A DNA stretch of 63,196 nt, the filler included, from Octopus bimaculoides (Eukaryota), in the NCBI RefSeq assembly GCF_001194135.2. It is 9 parts of 9 records of this genome, joined end to end, with 100 filler letters (N's around TTAATTAATTAA, not from the genome) between each part and the next. Parts side by side here need not be neighbours in the genome. Positions count along the whole stretch, not along the records: positions 32,550 to 45,589 come from NC_068989.1; positions 45,690 to 50,691 come from NW_026323286.1; positions 50,792 to 60,617 come from NC_069004.1; 6 more parts are not named here. One strand, 5' to 3'. This document shows positions 39,351 to 51,175 of the stretch, piece after piece. The translations under genes were made by a program, and so were the position numbers. Below the pieces are notes generated by a model, which made no database searches, was not told the DNA's origin, and was given only the letters and a program-made list of their open reading frames with translations. Numbering within the stretch: the first letter of the stretch is position 1; each line of letters opens with the position of its first letter.

Positions 39351-39477
39351 CAGGGTATCCACAAAGTCTGGGTACATGGAGTGAATAAAATCATGACATA
39401 AACAATTAAATATAAGAAATAATAATTTCTTAAAGTATGTGTTAATCCCCATGTACCCAGATTTTGTGGACACCCTG
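39351..39477. mobile_element. Tc1/mariner-type MITE (127 bp)
   Basis: TIRs of about 29 bp, CAGGGTATCCACAAAGTCTGGGTACATGG, with TA on both sides. Confidence 0.85.
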
Positions 39478-39826
39478 TATAGTTTTAAAAGATGTGCTCA
39501 CCGAGCAACCTTCAGTCCTGCTTATATCAACATTGCGCTATCTCCAGTATCAAACACTTCACAAAAGAAATTAAGTATTTCCTGATCGTCTCTAAAACTT
39601 CCAAGTAACCATGGAATTTCCACGGACGCTACTAGTTATATCGACTACTTGTATGAATTTTGATAATGAATATGTCAAAGTTTCTGTTATGCGTCAAGCT
39701 AATGTATTTCAACATTTGGTTTCAATCCCTTTCTGGTAGTGTGTTCGGATCAACACGTAAGAAACAATGTTTTTAAGTAGTAAGGTCAGTGGATTAACAA
39801 ACGGTGGAGCATCGAATACAATTCAT

Positions 39827-40040
39827 GGTAAATTTTCAGATTAACACCCGCACGATTTTCACTAGGATTAGGGTTTTAGGGTTAGTTTTATGATTAGAGT
39901 TTAGGATTTAGGGTTAGGGACAGAATTCCCTAACCCTAAAACCATAACCTTAACCGTAACCCTAATCCTAAAACTAACCCTGACCCTAAAACTCTAACAC
40001 CCTAGTGAAAATCTTGCGGGTATTAATCTGAAAATTTACC
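39827..40040. mobile_element. Palindromic MITE with (TTAGGG)/(CCCTAA)-like arms and 8-bp TSD, possibly Merlin
   Basis: TIR of about 40 bp, GGTAAATTTTCAGATTAACACCCGCACGATTTTCACTAGG; perfect TSD CAATTCAT at 39819-26 and 40041-48. Confidence 0.85.
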
Positions 40041-40287
40041 CAATTCATTGCAAAAGGTGGTTACGGTTCCTTACGTCGGATCTTTGTGTTCTGATTTCAA
40101 GCCCTGCCAACGTCGCTTAGACTTTTTATCCTCATGCAGTCAGTCGATAAAGTATCAGTTAAATAAACTGATAGATAAAGTATCAGTTAAATACAGTGGT
40201 CGATTTAATCGACTAAAACTTGAACATGGTCCAAAACTGAGTATCCGTATATCAATATTAGTAGTTATCTATGTTTAAGATGGTAAA

Positions 40288-41394
40288 GGTGGCGAACAGG
40301 CAGAATCGTTAGCATGCTGGGAAAACTGCTTAATGACATTTCGTCCATTTTCACGTTTTGAGTTCAAATTCCGCCGAGGTCGACTTTGTCTTTCCTCCCT
40401 TTTGGGGTTGATAAAGTAAGTACCAGTTGAGCACTGGAGTCGATGAACTTGCCAGCAATGTGCTAAAATTTGAAACCAATATAGGCGACTTTTAAGCACG
40501 TGAAGTCGGCAAGCTAACAGAATCGTTATTAGGCCGGGCAAAATGCTTAGCGATATTTCGTCCGTCGTTCTGAGTTCAAATTCCGCTAAGTTCGACTTTT
40601 CCTTTCGTGGTCGATTAAATAAGAACCATTTGAATACAGAGGTTGATGTAATTGACCATCTCCCTGCCCCAGTATTCTTTTTTACTTTAAGAACAAGGCC
40701 CGAAATTTGGGGGAGGGGGCCAGTCGATTAGATCGACCTCAGTACTGGTACTTAATTTATCGACCTCCAAAGGATGAAAGGCAAAGTCGACCTCGGCGGA
40801 ATTTGAACTCTCAACGTAAAAACAGACGAAATACTGCTAAGCATTTCGCCCGGCGTGCAAACGTCTCTTACTTCTTTACTGCCCACAAGGGGCTACACAC
40901 AGAGCGGACAGACAAAGGGATTAAGTCGATTATATCGACCCCAGTGCGTAACTGGTACTTATTTAATCGACCCCGAAAGGATGAAAGGCAAAGTCGACCT
41001 CGGCGGAATCTGAACTCAGAACGTAGCGGCACACGAAATACCGCTAAGCATTTCGCCCGGCGTGCTAACGTTTCTGCCAGCTTGCTGTCTTCCCCAATAT
41101 TGGGGGCCTTATGCCAATATCAGTTATCGGCGTACCTTCGTATCGCCTTATCGTCTAGTTATCTTTTTTGTCTATTGATATTGTTTCAAATTTTGGCACA
41201 CGGTCAGCAATTTTGGTGAGGGTGGGATAAATCGATTGTATCGTCCCAGTACTCAGCTGGTACTTATTTAATCGAGCCTGTAAAGGATAAAAGGCAAAGT
41301 CGACCTTGGCGGAATTGGAACTCAGAACGTAAAGACGGACAAAATGCCGCTAAGTATTTTGCCCGGCGCGATAACGATTCTGCCAGCTCGCCAC
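40288..41394. repeat. Cluster of five SINE family B copies (two plus, then three minus)
   Basis: Approx. 40288-40482 (+), 40505-40665 (+), 40680-40868 (-), 40870-41085 (-) and 41180-41394 (-). Confidence 0.8.
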
Positions 41395-41934
41395 TTTGTC
41401 TAACTATAAAAAATATCGACTCTACATTATATTATTTCATCCATCTCTGTTCAGAATTAAGATGTTGCCTAGGCTACTTTGACTTTTATTTCTGATATGA
41501 TGAAATATTAAAATCATATTAGGCATAATTTATTCAACCATACTCATTCCTTATATAAAAAAGAAAACTCTCGGCTAAACGGTGAAAAAAAAATTGACAT
41601 TTGATGTTACACGAAAAAAATTGGGTAAAAAAATCCAATTTTCTTTTTCAACTTGTTAGAACATCAAAATTTCATGTTTCAATTTAAAGATATGTGGTGT
41701 GTGTTAGTATGTATGTATGTATGCGCGATTAACAATTTGTTAAAATATTCACATCAGACTCCGATATAACTGTAATCCTACACTATCTGAATGGTGGTTG
41801 TAGAAAATTTCATTAAAAAGTATTCATTCTTTTCGGAAATTAATGAGGAAACAAGGTCCGGTGCAGGGCACACTAGTGTAGGTATGCTATCATTGGAGAC
41901 GGTTATAACAAAGTTTGGGCTGAATAAAAATTAA

Positions 41935-41986
<52 letters not shown>

Positions 41987-42077
41987 GTAAAAAGAGAGAG
42001 TAATATATATATATATATATAAACCCACTGTAATATAATCAAAATTGATTTAATAAAACAATCTTAAAACAACTTAC

Positions 42078-42800
42078 CTCAATGTGGTTTTTGCAACTTT
42101 TTGCATGTGTCCAGCTTTCAATTTATTTGAGTAGTATGTCCGTTTGTCTGGAGCATGCATTTAAATAATGTGTGGAAATAAGGCTGGGTTTATTTATATG
42201 TGAATGAATGGGGGATGAATGAAGGGTTGAAGAAATAATATTCAGAGACCGCTAAAGGTCACAGACAGGGGAGAAAGTGAGTGTTATGAAATAACGAAGA
42301 TAGTTTAACTTGTATCAAAAGAATAGCAATTGATGTGATTGATTGTGTGTGTGCGTAGCTATAAAGATAGCTAGATAAGATAGATAAATTATCTAATTAA
42401 ATAGCTATCAAACACAGGCAATATGAATGACAGCTCTTTGGTTATATATTCTAAAAGTGATTAATAGGTGCTTTTAAAAACCCAGTAGGTGTACATAAAT
42501 GTTGTTCGTTTGCTGTACGGAAAGTCAAATGTACAATGACAGCGATGAATGTGGAAAGAACTAAGGCAGGCTACATCAAAGTTGGAGCGAACTGTGGGTG
42601 TGTATGAAACCGAATATATAGTGAAAATATCCACAACTTTTGTCAGCTAGATCTTCCTGACGTGACTACTTTCTGATCCTCACACGCCGCCACCATTCTC
42701 ATCCCATCAATTATTGTGATCCCTGTCTACAACACCAGTATGACCTTTCCCAACAGCACAAGCTCTCACAATAAGAGCAACATGACAGCATCCCATCTCT
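42078..42800 (-). other. Candidate non-coding first (5' UTR) exon of the GPCR; upstream boundary unknown
   Basis: Consensus minus-strand donor GAG|GTAAGT at 42078/42077, at the edge of about 1.2 kb of largely repeat-free sequence. If spliced to 6974, an in-frame TGA lies just before the junction, which fits ATG 6963 being the start. No transcript evidence. Confidence 0.4.
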
Positions 42801-43850
42801 CTGTTCCTGTCTTGTTTTTAATTTCTCCCCCCCCCTCTCTCTACCTCGTGCTTTCATTTCTTCTCCTTTGTGTGTATGTGTATGTATATATATATTTCTC
42901 TCTATCAATGTTTTTCTTCCTCTGTAGGCCTATTTGCGTCTCCGTATAGAAAACTTTAAGGGGAACAAGTGTGCCCGAGGGAGGAGTAAATGAAACAAAA
43001 ACAAAAAAAAAAAGAATTTACAAAGATTGAAATCAAATAGTAATGAATAATTTTCAAGGAGTCTTTTCAGTTGTTTTTATTGAATTGTTACTGGCTGGTC
43101 AAAAGGCGACGTCAAAGAGACTTGCCGCCTTTAATGAACGGTCTGCGATCTTTCACCGGACCTCATACCGCCTGTCATTTTCTTTACGGTCAAAGATGTC
43201 TTTGATGTATTGTTAGCATTTTTGGCTCGGGACCGCTGTTGAGTTGCTTGGCTGCCGATAAGCGGCATATCAAACGGTGATTATACAGTTGTTTGTAATA
43301 TTGTGTATGTATCCCGTGAGGCAAACTACGTAGAACAGGTGCTTGGTCAGAAATAGATATATTTTTTTCCTTCCATTAATTTGGTGTTTGGCGGTTGTAA
43401 GCTAGCAATCAAATTAGTTCGTTCCAGATACACACACTGTTACACACACACACACATACATACACACGCAAGCGTACGTACACACACACACACACACATA
43501 CTCGTAAGGCGCAATATCCCAAATGGCTAAAGCACTAAGACTATTTTCTCAGATGTACCGAGTTTGCTTCCAGCTGAACAAAACTTTCGACCTAAGTCTG
43601 CTTCCTTAGCACTAAATTACTGTGAAGCACTTTGTTGTGTTTACCTCTGAATCATACACACACACGCACTCACGCTTTTCTTTTCTACAATAACGATTTC
43701 TTACATTGACACAATTCCACAGCATTAGAAGCAGAAGATTTATAAACAAAGCAATCAAATTCACCTCAGTGTTTGTACTTGCATTGGTATCGACGACCCC
43801 TGAACATGACAACAGCAAGATTTGAATACCTAACGTATCCGACCATAACA

Positions 43851-44229
43851 GTGGAGGCGCAATGGCCCAGTGGTTAGGGCAGCGGACTCGCGGTCATAGG
43901 ATCGCGGTTTCACTTCCCGGACGTTGTGAGTGTTTATTGAGCGAAAACACCTAAAGCTCCACGAGGCTCCGGCAGGGGTTGGTGGCCACCCCTGCTGTAC
44001 TCTTCCACCACAACTTGCTCTCACTCTTCCTTCCCGTTACTGTTGTACCTGTGTTTCAAAAGGCCAGCCTTGTCACACTGTGTCACGCTGAATATCCCCG
44101 AGAACTACGTTAAAAGGTACACGTGTCTGTGGAGTGCTCAGCCACTTGCACGTTAATTTCACGAGCAAGCTGTTCCGTTGATCGGATCAACTGGAACCCT
44201 CGACGTCGTAAGCGACGGAGTGCCAACAA
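43851..44229 (+). mobile_element. Full-length tRNA-derived SINE (family C) with 11-bp TSD
   Basis: Head GGAGGCGCAATGGCCCAGTGGTTAGGGCAGCGG (A box), (CAA)n tail, and TSD CGACCATAACA at 43840-50 and 44230-40. Confidence 0.85.
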
Positions 44230-45715
44230 CGACCATAACAAATTACCACAAGGTATTTCAAGTCATCGATGGTAGCTCTTAGTCAGTGGTTCTCAATCAT
44301 TGTTTTACCAATGGACCCCATTGGTTTCTATTTTATTCAAGTGGATCCCCATAGCCATTCAATATTTAAAAAAAAATCCTATTATATTTTTACATTTAGA
44401 TATTATTACAAATTGTATAAAAATATTTACTCTTTAACTTGTTTCAGTCATTTGACTGCGGCCATGCTGGAGCACCGCCTTGAGTCGAGAAAATCGACCC
44501 CAGGACTTATTCTTTGTAAGCCTAGTACTTATTTTATCGGTCTCTTTTTGCCGAACCGCTAAGTTACGGGGGACTTGCTGTAAATAGCGGCCAAATTTCT
44601 TGTCTTTCGAATGACAGTGTACTGTCTTGAAAACTGAAGGTTATATTAAATAATTCTTTCTGCTATAAGCACAAGGTATGAAATTTTGGGAGATGGGGTT
44701 AGTCGATTATATCGACCCCAGTAATTGATTGGCACTTATTTTATCGACCCCAAAAGGATGAAAGATAAAGTTGACCTCGGCAGAATCTGAACTCAGAACG
44801 TAAAGACGGACGAAACGCCCCGAAGCATTTTCCCCGGCGTGCTAACGATTCTGCCAGCTCGCTGCATTAAGGTCGTGTTAAATAATGTAGTCCTAGATAT
44901 ATAATACTTGAGAGAAGGTCGAGGTGGCTACGGCTGGAATGTCTTTTTAAACATGTTTGTTCAGTCAGAACTCATATTTGGGGTTAAACCAACAACCATT
45001 TGTTTCTTTTTTTCTTTTTTTTTTTTGCACTCACGATCACAAGATCGTGGTTTCCATACATGGAGCAGGTGGTGCGCTGTGTTCTTCAGCAAAACACACA
45101 CACACACACACACACACACTCGTTCCATATTAACACCTAATGCACATATATACTCCCACCACCACCACATAAACGTACGCGTAAATAGAAAAGCACATTC
45201 GACGCATTTCGTAAATTCTATTTAGACTCAGAACACGCATTGCGTGAAGTTTTACAGGAGTGACAAAATATTCTCGTGAGACTTTGATTAGTGTGATTCT
45301 GTTCATCTTCTGGCATTTGAAGCTTCTTTGAGAAACGTCTTTTTGTTGATTGGTCGACAATTCAAAGAAATCTGAATGAAAAAAACAGCCGAAGGAAATT
45401 TCTGCAACATACACTTGAACGACCATTTCCCCGTAGCTAAAATTATTTAAGACATGTCTTCGGTCAAGGATACCACAAAGGAGATTAAATTCTCCTTATA
45501 TGCTTTTATATTGTATCAAGTGGACAGGCAAATAAGTCTGTTGGATGTCGCTGCAAAATTTGTTCCCCGAAATAAGGATAGGCCAATGANNNNNNNNNNN
45601 NNNNNNNNNNNNNNNNNNNNNNNNNNNNNNNNNTTAATTAATTAANNNNNNNNNNNNNNNNNNNNNNNNNNNNNNNNNNNNNNNNNNNNCCCCCCCCCCA
45701 CACACACACGTATGC

Positions 45716-45747
<32 letters not shown>

Positions 45748-45764
45748 GGATGTATGTATTACGG

Positions 45765-45962
45765 AGATGTACTTGCACAGCAAGTGACCTGATCTGAGAT
45801 CGTGTGCTCAAACCAAAATAATTGCTGCGTGGAAGGTGTTTATAAGCCATTTAAAAATACACAAAATCCGTTAGATTCACCTCAACATTTAAACTTAATT
45901 TGTCAAAATATTGTGGTCGCTCTGAGACCGCGACCTGTTCACTGACAAAATTTCCTGCTGCA
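45765..45962 (+). repeat. Interspersed repeat family D, second copy
   Basis: GGAGATGTACTTGCACAGCAAGTGACCTGATCTGAGATCG...GACAAAATTTCCTGCTGCA is colinear with 25507-25707. Confidence 0.8.
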
Positions 45963-46711
45963 TATGTATAAGGTCGTTCCATCCGTGACATTTACCTCTG
46001 CTTTTCTTTTGGTTTTGAACGGAAAGCTGTCCTATTAGCGGGATTTAGTAGCTACATCTAAGGGGTCACTCAACGGCGTTGAGGTTTCATCGTTGGTACC
46101 GTTGTTGTTGTTGTTGTTGTTGCTAATATTGGTTTCAAATTTTGGCACAAGGCCAGCAATTTCGGGACAAAGTATAAGTCGATTACATTAATCCCCAGTA
46201 CTCAACTGGTTCTTATTTTAACGTAAACTCGAACTCGGCAGAGTTTGAACTCAGAACTCGAAGACGGAGGAAACGCCGCTAAACATTTTGTCCGGCATGC
46301 TAACGATTCTGCCAGCTCGCCACCATGTTGCTGTTGTTAATAGTGTCTCCGCTGTTGCTGTGTAGAAGCGGGTGAACTCTGATCGAACAGCATTATGGTC
46401 AAAGAATTTCCACTCGTGACCATTCCGTCTGTTTTTGCACATCAAACTTCTACATTTCTCTCCTACGTCTCCTTCATTTTTAAACGGTAGTTCATGATTT
46501 GAGGGAGATTTTGCTGTTATTTTCAACAGGTCAGACATGTACCTTAATGTTCGTGTTGTTGCTGCTCTTGTTGGTGTTATTGTTGCTGCTGTTACTACTA
46601 CTACTCCTGCTGCTACAACAGCAGCTACTGCTACTACTACTACTACAACAACAACAGCAGCTACTACTACTACTACTACTACTGCTACAACGACAACAAC
46701 AACAGCTACTA

Positions 46712-46744
<33 letters not shown>

Positions 46745-48787
46745 TCGTTGTTACTATTAACGTCATTACGGTCTACCATTAACCACCAGACCTCAACGCA
46801 CTTATACCCCGTGCTACATCACTTGCGCACCACCCCACCCCGAACCACTGCGAACATTTAATTCTCTACAAATTAACACTTTCTAATTTCTAGTCCAATC
46901 ACACTGGCCGACTGTGTGTAGGTCTATGGACGTATGAGAAAAAAAAGTCTTTCGCTTTCCCTTCCTCTCTCTCTCTCTCTCAAAAAGTGTCTCTCTCTCT
47001 TTCTCTCTCTCTCTCTTTCTCTCNNNNNNNNNNNNNNNNNNNNNNNNNNNNNNNNNNNNNNNNNNNNNNNNNNNNNNNNNNNNNNNNNNNNNNNNNNNNN
47101 NNNNNNNNNNNNNNNNNNNNNNNNNNNNNNNNNNNNNNNNNNNNNNNNNNNNNNNNNNNNNNNNNNNNNNNNNNNNNNNNNNNNNNNNNNNNNNNNNNNN
47201 NNNNNNNNNNNNNNNNNNNNNNNNNNNNNNNNNNNNNNNNNNNNNNNNNNNNNNNNNNNNNNNNNNNNNNNNNNNNNNNNNNNNNNNNNNNNNNGTACGT
47301 GTGCGTACATGTATGAATGTATGAAAGTCTCTGTCTCTCTCTAACTGTATCTCACTGTCTTTCTCTCTCTCTCTCTCTAGACATGCATACATACACTCGA
47401 CTAGCACACACACACACACACACACACACTGAGAGCAGTTTAGTGTGCATTGTGGTGAAGTGTTGTACGGTTTAGAAAAGTGTGTGTTCGCGTGTGCGCG
47501 ACGGAGAGAGAAAGAGGGAAGGAGACAGGTAAAGAGAGACGGGGTGTGGAGAAGAAACCGCTTAAGACAATATTAAAACAAAAGAGCGAAAACAGTCTTT
47601 TGGTTTAGGGTGAGTGGGGTGTAAGAGGAGATAGTGTCGTGGTGGGAGTTGCTTTGTAATAGATAGGCCTATAGATAGGGAGGGAGATGGAGATAGAGAG
47701 AGAAAGAGAGAGGGGAAGAGAGAGGGGAAGAGAGGTGACACAAGAAAACTTGATGGAGACAGAAAGAAAAAGAGGGAGAGAGAAAAGAGACAGGGAGGAA
47801 GAGAGGGACAAAGAGAGAGAAAGGATTGAGAGAGAAGGTAGGACTGATAAGAGAGAGAGAGAAGGAGAGTGAGAGAGAAAGAGAAAGAGAGAGAGAGAAA
47901 AAGAAAGAGAGAGAGAGAAAGAAGGAGAGAGAAGGAGAGTGAGAGAAAGAAGGAGAGAGAAGGAGAGTGGGAGAGAGAAGGAGAGTGAGAGAGAGAANNN
48001 NNNNNNNNNNNNNNNNNNNNNNNNNNNNNNNNNNNNNNNNNNNNNNNNNNNNNNNNNNNNNNNNNNNNNNNNNNNNNNNNNNNNNNNNNNNNNNNNNNNN
48101 NNNNNNNNNNNNNNNNNNNNNNNNNNNNNNNNNNNNNNNNNNNNNNNNNNNNNNNNNNNNNNNNNNNNNNNNNNNNNNNNNNNNNNNNNNNNNNNNNNNN
48201 NNNNNNNNNNNNNNNNNNNNNNNNNNNNNNNNNNNNNNNNNNNNNNNNNNNNNNNNNNNNNNNNNNNNNNNNNNNNNNNNNNNNNNNNNNNNNNNNNNNN
48301 NNNNNNNNNNNNNNNNNNNNNNNNNNNNNNNNNNNNNNNNNNNNNNNNNNNNNNNNNNNNNNNNNNNNNNNNNNNNNNNNNNNNNNNNNNNNNNNNNNNN
48401 NNNNNNNNNNNNNNNNNNNNNNNNNNNNNNNNNNNNNNNNNNNNNNNNNNNNNNNNNNNNNNNNNNNNNNNNNNNNNNNNNNNNNNNNNNNNNNNNNNNN
48501 NNNNNNNNNNNNNNNNNNNNNNNNNNNNNNNNNNNNNNNNNNNNNNNNNNNNNNNNNNNNNNNNNNNNNNNNNNNNNNNNNNNNNNNNNNNNNNNNNNNN
48601 NNNNNNNNNNNNNNNNNNNNNNNNNNNNNNNNNNNNNNNNNNNNNNNNNNNNNNNNNNNNNNNNNNNNNNNNNNNNNNNNNNNNNNNNNNNNNNNNNNNN
48701 NNNNNNNNGTGTGTGTGTGCGTGTGCGCGTGAAGCTAGCTAATAAATTCGTATGTTAGCATGCACGAATATACATACACATATATGT

Positions 48788-48835
<48 letters not shown>

Positions 48836-50139
48836 CTATTCGTACATTCATCCATATACACTTACACAGACACACTTACATACACAGAAACAAGTACATG
48901 CAGACACACTTGCATATGCAGCCACATACATATAAAGTCACACATTGTCCTTTTACTGTTAATGTAGCTATGTGTCTATCGTTGTCTCTCTCTCTCTCTC
49001 TCTCTCTCTTTCACTCTCTCTCTTACCCCTCTGTTTCTCGCCACCCCCAACCAGCACCCACCACCACCACCACCACCACCACCANNNNNNNNNNNNNNNN
49101 NNNNNNNNNNNNNNNNNNNNNNNNNNNNNNNNNNNNNNNNNNNNNNNNNNNNNNNNNNNNNNNNNNNNNNNNNNNNNNNNNNNNNNNNNNNNNNNNNNNN
49201 NNNNNNNNNNNNNNNNNNNNNNNNNNNNNNNNNNNNNNNNNNNNNNNNNNNNNNNNNNNNNNNNNNNNNNNNNNNNNNNNNNNNNNNNNNNNNNNNNNNN
49301 NNNNNNNNNNNNNNNNNNNNNNNNNNNNNNNNNNNNNNNNNNNNNNNNNNNNNNNNNNNNNNNNNNNNNNNNNNNNNNNNNNNNNNNNNNNNNNNNNNNN
49401 NNNNNNNNNNNNNNNNNNNNNNNNNNNNNNNNNNNNNNNNNNNNNNNNNNNNNNNNNNNNNNNNNNNNNNNNNNNNNNNNNNNNNNNNNNNNNNNNNNNN
49501 NNNNNNNNNNNNNNNNNNNNNNNNNNNNNNNNNNNNNNNNNNNNNNNNNNNNNNNNNNNNNNNNNNNNNNNNNNNNNNNNNNNNNNNNNNNNNNNNNNNN
49601 NNNNNNNNNNNNNNNNNNNNNNNNNNNNNNNNNNNNNNNNNNNNNNNNNNNNNNNNNNNNNNNNNNNNNNNNNNNNNNNNNNNNNNNNNNNNNNNNNNNN
49701 NNNNNNNNNNNNNNNNNNNNNNNNNNNNNNNNNNNNNNNNNNNNNNNNNNNNNNNNNNNNNNNNNNNNNNNNNNNNNNNNNNNNNNNNNNNNNNNNNNNN
49801 NNNNNNNNNNNTATATATATATATCAGTCGACATGATTGACCGCTAACTCCAAAAGTCTTTTTATTCCCCCTCTGTTTATTTCCTCATGTTCCTTTCCGC
49901 TGAAGAGCGTAGGCTTGAAACATAAAAGACTTTCTCACCTTCCCGAGCGTTAAACACCTGCTTGTGCTTATACACTTGTCTTTGTCTTTTGTTTTTCTGT
50001 AAATTTCAACTATATATATATATGTATATATATAAAAGAATGAGATAAAGAGACCAATGGCATAAGTAAATTTATATCTTATGTAAAATATAAATTTACA
50101 TAAAATATATATAAAATATATATTATGTAAAATATAAAT

Positions 50140-50690
50140 TTACATGAGTGCGTCCATTGACTTGATTTCTGCTTCGTTTCCAGGTTGTAGCCGTAGTACC
50201 AGCTTTCGTCACCAGTGATGACCTTCGAAAAAAAGGTTCGGATCCACTTCCAGCTGTTGTTTCAGTTCACGAGATGCATTCAGTCTTTTGATCTTCCATG
50301 AGAAAGTGAGGTATAAATTTTGCTGTAACTATTTTCATTCACAATTCCTCACGCAAAATTCGTTTGGAGGAGTTCAAAGACACCAAGCATATCAACCAAG
50401 TTCGTCAATTCTTTGGTGACGGTTCACGAAAATCAGTTCATGAATTTTCGTGATATTTTCATTCGTTCGAGAGATCGACGGTTGCCTTGAACGAGGTTGG
50501 CTGTTCAAGCGACAAGTGACCGTTCCTAAAGTGTGAAAACCATTAGTAAACTTGTGTTTTGCTCGTGGCAGCGTCTTTGTAAGCTGTTTGAAGCATGAGA
50601 ACTTTTTCGGCTGTCGTTTTCCCCAACAGAAAAGAGAATTCCACGGAAGCACGCTGTTCCTTCGTTTCAGCCATTGCAAAAATCGACGAA
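50140..50690 (-). mobile_element. mariner transposase N-terminal fragment, decayed (approx.)
   Basis: MAETKEQRASVEF...GKTTAE...MLQTAYKD...TQVY.WF and PRSRQPSISRTNENI (HTH region, RSGRP-like motif). Confidence 0.75.
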
Positions 50691-51175
50691 CNNNNNNNNN
50701 NNNNNNNNNNNNNNNNNNNNNNNNNNNNNNNNNNNTTAATTAATTAANNNNNNNNNNNNNNNNNNNNNNNNNNNNNNNNNNNNNNNNNNNNTATATATAT
50801 ACATACAAATATATACATATATATATATGTGTGCGTGTGTGTGTGTGTGTGTCTGTGCTTGTCCCCACCACCGCTTGATAACTGGTGTTGGTGAGTTTAT
50901 GTCCCCGTAACTTAGTGTTCAGCAAAAGAAACCGATAGACTAAGTACCAGGCTTTAAGAAAACGAAAAGAAGTACTGGAATCGATTAGTTCTACTAAAGT
51001 TCCCAAGACTGAGACAAGATAAAACATAAAAGATTCCAAAAAGCTAAAATGTTTGTACGTATCTGTAGAGTAAGTAAAAATTGTCCACTTAAGACTAATA
51101 TATAATATATAATTAATGTATTGTACGTATTCTGTATTCATATAGTTATTTAGCAATCCGTTAAACAATGCTTAA

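Noticed and set aside
46499-46861. Poly-Leu/Thr/Val/Ser ORFs, and similar ones at 11360-11662
   Set aside because: Compound trinucleotide microsatellites that are open in several frames.
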